A stretch of DNA of 64,000 bases from a virus. Lineage: Duplodnaviria; Caudoviricetes. This document shows, piece after piece, positions 53,613-62,700 of the stretch (its first letter is position 1; the number at the start of each line of letters is the position of its first letter). The notes below the pieces were generated by a model that was given only the letters and a program-made list of their open reading frames with translations, was not told the DNA's origin and searched no databases. The stretch lies in IMG/VR virus record IMGVR_UViG_3300028832_000130, positions 1-64,000 of that record; one strand, 5' to 3'. A program made the translations under genes and the position numbers.

Positions 53613-53650
53613 AGAGCCGGCTTGCAGAGATTGCAAACTGGCTCTTTTTA
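53613..53650. terminator. Hairpin terminator between convergent units
   Basis: AGAGCCGG...CTGGCTCT followed by TTTT. Confidence 0.6.
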
Positions 53651-53713
53651 TAGCAATTATCCCGCCAAGTAGCAACACCTGACGGGACAATTTCAAGAGA
53701 TTCGTAAAATGGA

Positions 53714-56700
53714 TTATTCGATGTCTTGCGTCTTGTCAAGCTCTTCTACGACCATCTGTAGTGTACTGTTGTAGAGTGCTCTTGCGTTCTTTCGCTTTCT
53801 GCCTTCTGCTTGGTTGGCTGCGGTATTCAGTTGCTTCAACGTCTTTTCTGCCTCTCTTACCATTTCCATGCGTACAAAGTCCTTGCCCTTTGCTTCTTCC
53901 ATGTACTTCATGAGGTGTTCAGGATTGCTGCCCATATCGGCTTCGTACCCCTTTATATTGTGATACTTCTCGTTTGCCTCTTCGCGATACTTACGATACT
54001 TAGCCTTGATACGGTACAGGTCTGTGCGCTCGTCGCCCTGCTGCCAGAAGGCGCGGAAGAACTCTATCTTTCGCATGTTAAAGTCAGCCTCATCATCGGT
54101 GAACGCCCATTTATAGGCATCTCCTACGGCAGAGCCAGTGTTCATAAAGAACTTGCCTGGGCCACCAGTATATTGCTCTAACAGATATTGCATGCTGCTT
54201 GGGTTTATCTGTGCCCATCCGCGCTTCACATCGTCACCTCCACTTATATCGTTAAGCCACTTTGACAATGAAATATAAGCGGAGTTGGTGTTGCCAAGAG
54301 TCATCTGGTATTCTGGTGTCCATTCGTCACCTGGGTAGCGGTCTTCCCTAAAGATAGGTTTGCCCGTCCAGCCCAAGTTCTCGCCTACAGCCACCAATGG
54401 AGCTACTGGTGAGCAAATTCTTCCTGCGAATTCTGCTACAGGATTGAACTCGTTGGTAATCTTCGTCTCAAAGTCAACGGGTGAGAATACGTTTAGGAAT
54501 CCTATAACTTCGTCATACAACGTCTTGTCAATGGGTTTTAGCTTCGGGAATAATGTGATACCTGCTATCATGTCACCCATAGAGTAGAACGCTGCCAGCT
54601 CCTGACCCATTGGGATAACAAGGAAGTCGTTCTTTCCACAACCAGGAATCCATCCAGTATAGATACACAAGTTCTTTCTGCGCACCCACTCTGGCAGGTT
54701 TGCATACGGATCGTCGTCGCCATCGCCTCCAGCAAGAGCATAGAGTGCTGCATTGAGTACAGGCATCAGCATGCCCATAGCGAAAGGTGGTGCTGCATAT
54801 CGCGTGAGAAGTCTCCCTGCGTACTTATAGTTGATAGAGCCATCTGGATTCTTCAAGCCTCGGAAGATGTTACAGATAGCCTGCACGGTGGCATTAAAGA
54901 ACATCTTATTTGCCATCAGTATCTGCGAAGCCTCTCCAGCAATCTTGGCTGCTCTAGTAACACTCTTTTTGTCGCTCTTGAAGCTTGCCGTCTTTCTGCC
55001 TGCCCCCTTCTTGTTAAAGTTTACAGTTACTTCCTTAGCGTCGTAAGCAGAGCGGGCCTTGGTGCGGCCTGCATAGTGACGGGATGCGCGGTAGGTAGCA
55101 AAGCGAGCATTGTTCTCAATGGCCTCATTCATTGCCTCTACAGCACCAAGTGTCTTATCGAAGAAACTATTTGTCAACTTCTTTACCTTGCCAGGAGTGC
55201 TTAGCATGCCTTCCATCTCCTTCTGCAGTTCTGCCACCTTCTTCATGTGAACAAACCCTGTTATACCACCATTGTCCATGAAGTCTTTGAAGTCGCGCTC
55301 CATTTCTTTGCTCTCGTCAAGGGTGCCAGCACGATACTTCTTGAACAATGAAATCATGTGTGGCAACTGCTGTCTGTAGTATTTCTGGGCTTCTGACTCA
55401 TAGTCCATGCCTTCACGTGCCGCGAGAATGGCACCGAAGTGAGTCCAGTCACGGAGCATATTTCTTCCGAGGAACGTAATGTTGTATGATGTGCTAACGG
55501 TCTGCTGGAACTGTTTGAGGCTGGCAACCATCTTGTTTACTGTTCCCTTTCCTGACTCATAGCGTAGCTCTCCATTGATAGCTTGCGCCATGCGTGGGTT
55601 GCCCATTACTATCATGGTCTTGCGCTGTCCGTTAATTATCACTTCGACGATGTGCTCTCTCATGCGCTTCTTATCAACCTTGTAGTCGAATTTAGCCTTG
55701 CTATTCAGTCGCTTTGCCTCGCCTCTGGCTTCCAGTTCTGCCATGCGGGTATTAAAGTCGCTGACAGCCTGCTCAACCTCCTGCGGGGTCATGTCTGAAT
55801 CAATGCGTGGGAAATCAACTATAAAGTCTCCCGTTGTCGGGTCAAGCACAGCCCATGTGTCTTGTATCTTTACAAGGTCGTTTTCGTGTGCCTGACACAG
55901 GCGGTAGAAGTGTTGCTTCACCACATTCTGATTACCGTCAGAGATAGCTTTATAGGTCATGGCGAACAAGGTTGAAAGCGGATAGTTGGCTTTGCTCTTA
56001 CGACCCTTGGCATTTCTCAACAGACCTCCCACACTGTTTTTATTGTTGGATTCTGTCATATACTGCCAGTGGTCTTGTGCTGCCTCTCCCTCATTGAATC
56101 CTCGCATAGGAACGTAGAAGTGGAACATGTTCTTTATGCGGTCGTGAACCGACTCAGACAACATGCCGCAGTCTCTGTACTTATCCAATCCAAGGTTTGA
56201 ACACAAGTTTATCTGCTCCCAGAGCCTGTTACGCAACTCATCGCCCATCTTCTCTTCCTGTTTTTGCAGTTTGCTGAGAATGTCGGCCTCGCTATAGTTA
56301 CCTTTCTCGTCACCATACATATCTGTAAAGCCTGAGTAGTCATGCTTCTCTGCATTATAGCGCTTGTTGATGTTGGACTTGATGAAGTCATCCATTTCCT
56401 CTATATACTGAGCAAATGAAATCTCTCCATCCTTCAACTTCTGATAGTTCTCGTTATTCATTGCAGCAAAGTCCTTCTCCATCTCGTCGAGAAGTTCTTT
56501 TTCATCATCTTCCAATTCTTTGCTGCGCTGAGCCTTTAGCCAATCTCTTACATAGAGCACTCGGTTGCGCTCAAAGCCATGCTTGGTGAAAAGATAGCGG
56601 TCAACATCACCCGTCTGCCATCCCATCTTTTCGCATAGCTGTAATACGGTTCCTTCAAGTGGTCTACGGTAGATATTGGTAAACTGCTCCTGCTCTGTGA

Positions 56701-59700
56701 ATGTCTTGCCATAAGAAAGGTTCATGGCCTGATAAGCGTTCTGAGAGTCGGGTATTTCCTCATCGTGGGCAATAGCCTCCTGACCCTTCTTGAATGTTAT
56801 CATGTCGTCCTGACCAGCTTCCGTAACTACGGTTTCTGCACGGTCAATACGCTCATGATATACTTCCTTTGCAGAGTATTCGCCCATTTCACGAACACCC
56901 TCTACCTTTTCTTTGCGCTCTTTCTTCCAGCGTTTTGCTGAAAGCTCAATGGCTTTGAGTGGGTCTACTACTTCTTGTAGTTCGGGTTCCTCTTCAGAGC
57001 GTACGACGTTATCTCCCCGTTCTCGTCCCTGTTGATTACTTCTACGAACCTGGGTTGCTGGTGCCTGTCGATTTTCGCCAAGTCGTCCAAGCTGATTGTT
57101 CCTTTCTTCTTTTCTTCCATTTTGTATATAATTGGTTAGTTCTCCTGCAAAGTTACGGATTTCTTGTCTATTATCCAAGAACTCGTTCATAAATTTTTCA
57201 GTACCGATATTTGCTACCACCACATTACCGATAAGGAAAGAGCAAGCTTCTTCCAGTCTTTCTTCCTTTTCGTATGCATTTCTGATGTGCATATAGATGT
57301 CTGGGCGATTGGCTTTCAGCCAGTCATAGCAGGCTTGCCCGTATCTGTTACGAGCATCTGCCGGCATGCGCTGCCAATAGCCATGTACTTGTTCGTGCCA
57401 CCACGCTTCTTCTGCTTCTCTGATGTCACGAAGTTTCTCCCCAAACACTACAACAACATCACCCTTGGGGAAATATCCGGATGCGGTATCAGGCTCGTTG
57501 TAAAGTTCCTCAATCTCGTTATAGACATCATCACCTACCTGTCCCTTCAAAGCCTCCAAGTCAGCGCGGCTGTTAACGACATAAGTAGGCACGCCACCAT
57601 TAACTCCAAAACGACTTGAAATACTGTCTACGAAGTCTTTTATATCGTCTAATAGAGAAATCTGACGCTCCTGTCTCCAACTATCTGCTGCCTGTTCAAT
57701 GGCTTCCAACGGATTGTTGGTAGTAATCATGCGCTTGGGAGATTCCTCTTCCTTATGCTCTTCGGCAACTGTTACGCCTAGCTCGTCGAGACGTTTCATG
57801 ACGGCATCGAGATTGCTGCGCTTGAACTCGGCCTTCATCTTACTGCTGCCTTCAAACTGACCGTCCATCAGAGAAAGGAGGGTTTCGTCGTTGTAGTACT
57901 TAGCTCCCTTCTTAGCAGACTTAGGCACAGTCAACTCCAAGGTGTCATAGCTGTGGGTGTTCCAGTTCCAATCATTGGTAACACGGATTGACACGTCACC
58001 ATCTGCACTCTCTACCTTGTCGCGGTTGTACTTCAATTCGTCCTTCTTGGCAGAGATTGGCGTCTTACTGGTAAGTCCCTTCGGTTCGAAGTTGTCTGGC
58101 ATCAAGATACCCTGACGCACTTCGCCTGTATCGGTAGTAAACGAAATCAGCTTACCGCCTACACCCTGCTCACGGGTAGATACAAGAGCTTTCAGCAGAT
58201 TACCGGTAATGATATAACCATCCTTGCGGGCTGCAGTAGATGTCAGCTTATCCCAATTATCCGTGTTCTGTTCCAACACTTTCAGCGTATTGGCAATATT
58301 CTGTCCGAACCAACCGCCTCTCGCCTGTGCGGTAAGAGAATTGATGGTGGGGAATATCTGTTCCTTCTCGCCCTTCTGCTGCTTTACCTTGCCATTGATA
58401 GGGATAGTAATCTTACGACGGCCATCAAGCGTAGCAAACGATATGGTGCTGGCATTGGGTGACATGTTATCACTAATCTTAATGTCAATCAGCTTACCAA
58501 ATCCAGGCTCAAAGGTCATACTTCCGAGGTCGTAGATGTTGCTAGGCAAAGCATAGACACCATCCGTAGTGAAGGTTTCAAGAGCATCGACAAACACCTG
58601 TTTCTGTGCTTCGATAGCGGCAAGTGCATCGTCAAGCTTCTTAATCTCTTCCTTGTACATGTTCTCATACTGTATCTGACCGTTGCGTTCTATCTCTTCG
58701 TCGGTCATTTCGTTCTTCTCCTGAGCTTTCTTGGCACCCTTAACATAACGTTCCTGTTCGGCTGCTGCCTTCTTCTTTGCTCTCTCGGTAATGGTCTCTG
58801 TGGTTTCGGCTTTCTTCTTCTCCGCCCACTCGTCAACCTTAGCAAGCGTTTCTTGCTTGTATTCATCCCATGTCTTACCACCAAGAAGACGCTCCTGCGA
58901 AGCTTTCACCTCACTGGCTTTCATCGGCTTGCGTAGAACATCCATGTTGACTTTCTCTACGTAGGTATTGTCAGCAAATGGGTTGTTACTATCCGGATCA
59001 ATACCTTGCTCCCAAACTTGCTTGCTCAAAGTCTTGGCTTTCAACGGCATTTCGGTAATCTCCAAGTCGTTTTCGCCCATTTCGTTCAGTCGGTCTATCT
59101 CAGTCTGATAGAGGTCGCTGATTTCTTTAAGCATCTTCTCCTGGTCTGCAACCTTCAAGAGCGCCATGCGACCAAGTACTTTGCTTGCGGTTTTTCCTGC
59201 TTCACCTTCCTTTGATGCAGAAGCAACCAACTCTTCTGACGGCTTTATCTGCCAGTCATCTCCCCATTTCAAAGGATTTAGCAGCTTTTCTGCAAGGTCT
59301 ACGTGTTCTGCGAGATACTGAGTAACGATGTCGTCACCATACTTATTAATGATGTCTTGTACCTGCATTTCGTTGAACTTCGACTTCTGAGAAGATGTAG
59401 TGTTGGCATCCAAAGAGCGAAGCTTTGCTTTCAACATCATCAATAGGCGTTGCTCTGATGGGATAGTAGAAACAATATAGGTATATCTACTATGTTGCTT
59501 CTGTCCTGTTCGATCTGTGCGGCCACGCATCTGCACTTCGTCGTTAATGTCACTCTGTGGCTGAACGACAATCATGTGACGCTGGTCTGTGTTTAGGAAC
59601 TTAATGCCTGCATGAAGGTCAATGCCCGTGCCTGCGCTCTTGTTCATGATAACAGCGTCTACAATGCCACTGTTGAAGTCGGAAGCGTTCTTCTTGTTGT

Positions 59701-62700
59701 CGGTGTCAGTGCGGTTGACGCGCTTAACAGTACCGTCTTCGTTATATATAAACTCCTTTTTTCGTCCTGTGAGTTCGGCTATGCTGTAGCCTGCCTTGCG
59801 TATATAATTCTTAATCACATCAATCGGCGACAGACTCAGACCTGTAGACGAGTTAGCTATAGCTTCCTCGATTTCATGATATCTACGCTGACCTTCTTCA
59901 GAAAGCCTACTTACAGGTATAGAGGTATAAGTGTCATTGTTGTTGGCATCTGTTTTCTTGATTTTCAGAGTGCTTTCCAAACCCTCGTGCAAACTCGTGG
60001 AAAGGTCAGGCATTGTCATGTCTTCGTCGGAATTCGCCGTTGCTCTGTCTGCTGCACCTTCGTTTGTGTTTTCTACACAGATAACGGGCTTCTCTCCGTT
60101 CTTTAGACACTCTACTGCGAACTTAGCACCTTCTTCTGCCTTTAAAGAGAGCAACACTTTTTTGACAATCTGATGGGTCTGGCTGGCAAATGGAGTGTTG
60201 TTAATACCCATATCTCGTGTACCAGGAGTGTGGTTTACTTCTCCCTGATCTTCTGCAGCATCATCGTTCATCTTGTCAATGATGGGGTCAACATAGGTAC
60301 GCTGAAACTGAATGATGTCATTAAAGAGGCCAATAATCTTGTCGTATTGTTCGTAATGCTTCTTTATGACATCTTCATCCTCAATGCCCTTCCAGTCTAC
60401 CGTTACACCAGTCATGTTGCGCTCACGACGTATCATCTGACCTGCTTCTGTCAGAGCCTTAGACATTATCTCTTGGAACGTAGCACCACCACGTTTAACG
60501 GCATCTATCAACTCGCTAACGGCAACACCTGCCTTACTGATTGCTGTGCGCAGCGAATAAAGAGGCATGTTGTCAGGACGCTTAGCAAATGTAGCACTTA
60601 TATATGTGATGCCTCCTGCTTTAGTAGAAACATATTGCAAGTAGTTTCCTCTTGCACTTTCTCCACCAGCCAAATGGCTTTCGTCCATTAAGACAATACT
60701 ATTTCCTGCAAGATTCTCAATTGCATCACGCTTTGCTTGTCCGTTGACATCTGCTTTTGTGGCGGTCTTGTTCTTTCCGTAACTTCGAGCTTTCTTATTG
60801 CCGTTCTCATACTCCATAGTACCGTTTCCTACTTGACTATAGGTGGTAATCATGAAGTCGTACTCAGGCGGCAATTTGCCATTCTTGTTTATATATTCAA
60901 GAACTCGCTTCTGCTCTTTGTCGCTTGGCAGGTCAAAAAGTACTTCGTCTTTGCCGTCTTTTCTTTCTGTAATACGGGCCTTTATCTTGTCAGAGGCAAG
61001 GATAAACGGACGCAAACCATCGCTGTGGATATCCTTTATATCACGGTAAACGCTGGAGAAAAGCTCTGGCTTTGCTGTGAAATATACAGGGGCCTTGCCA
61101 TTCTTGACAGCCCAACGGATTAATGCTGCACCCTGTCTGCCTTTACCTATACCGGTTTGGTCGCCGATGATAAAGGCATCCCCCTTCTTCATTTGGTGGA
61201 TAGCAAGTGCTACAGAATCAATCTGCTCTGCTGCTAGTGCTTGATACAGCTCTTCCTTGCTACTATAACCTAGTTCTTCAACAAGGAACTTATCTACGTC
61301 CCCTATAGCTTCAAGCGCTTTCTTTACAACGTCAGCCTGCTCTGCTGGCATCTGAGATTGTAAGTCAAACGGATTTGTACTTTGTTTGCGATAAGGAACT
61401 TTTTCTGCTCCCAATTCGCGCTTTTGCTCGGGTTGTTTTACTGATAGTCCGGCTCCGCTATCCACAGCGTCTCCAGGAAGTCGCTGAGAGTTGCTTCCTC
61501 CGACAGCCACTTCTCCTGTTCCGTTTTCGCTGGATACAGTTTGGCTCCCTCTTGATTGCTCAGATTGATTCCCGCGTCCGTGAAGAAGTACAGGTCGTGT
61601 GCCCATTCCTCCATTTGTTTCTGGCTGGGCATTTCCTCCCCCTCCTTCGGCTTTGGCGCTTGCATCGCTCCGCTGTACATCGACGACAGGCTCAGTTGAT
61701 AGTTGATGTTCTCCTGAGCTTCTTCCGTCCCGCACATTTCGTACTCCCTTTTCATTAGAAGAACTAACATGTCCATTATCAGATAGTCCTCCATTCTGTC
61801 CGCTTTCTGCGGTGTGAACACTAGAGGATGTATCTCCGTCGTGTTCCTTGTTACGTAATATGTCATCGTTTACTCGTTTAAATAATTCATCGTATGTCTT
61901 AACCTGCTCGGCACGTGCCTTGTCACGTACAGGAGCATATACTGTCGGGTCGTACTTAGGCTTGCGTCCGTTAATGAGAATCATTCTGACGGGATAGCCA
62001 GTGCCCTGCTTAGTGTAAAGCGCCTTACCGTCCATGTTGATAACGTCGACTACGTTGTAGGCTTGGTACAGATAATTTAGGAATTGTCTGTCTTTTCCCT
62101 GTACGGCACCATTGCGCTTATACTCTGTGTTACCGCCAATGATGATAGCTGCACGGCCATCGTCCTTCATTGCATCGAGGGCATTGAGTGCCATTTGCTG
62201 TTCAAGTGACGAAATCTCATATACTCCCCATTCCTTTGGTAATACGCTGCCGAATGGTGGATTAGTGACGATAACATCGTACTTCTTCTTGCCAAACGAC
62301 TTTGTACCGTCTTGACTGGTAACCTCACCAAATCCCTGCTTCTGTAAGTTGGAGAGTCGCATTTCATCAATGTCGTTGACGTGCATTATCTCCTTTGGCA
62401 GATTGATAGTCAGCATACCGTTGCCGGCTGATGGTTCCAAACCACTCTTAGCCTTTTTCTGCGGGTCTACGAACTTGCCCATCAAGAACGCCATCGGTGC
62501 AGGAGTAGAGTACTGCTGCTTGTTGATGCGGTCATTGTCTCTTGCGCTTAACGTAGGCTGCCATTCATAGAGGTGCTTGATATGTTCAAACTTCTGTTCA
62601 TCATTCAAAGCTTCTGTATTGGCAATGTCTCTTGCGACGTTGACAATCTCTGCCTCTACCAACTCCTGCAGGTCAGTCATGCTCATATCATCAAGACCGT

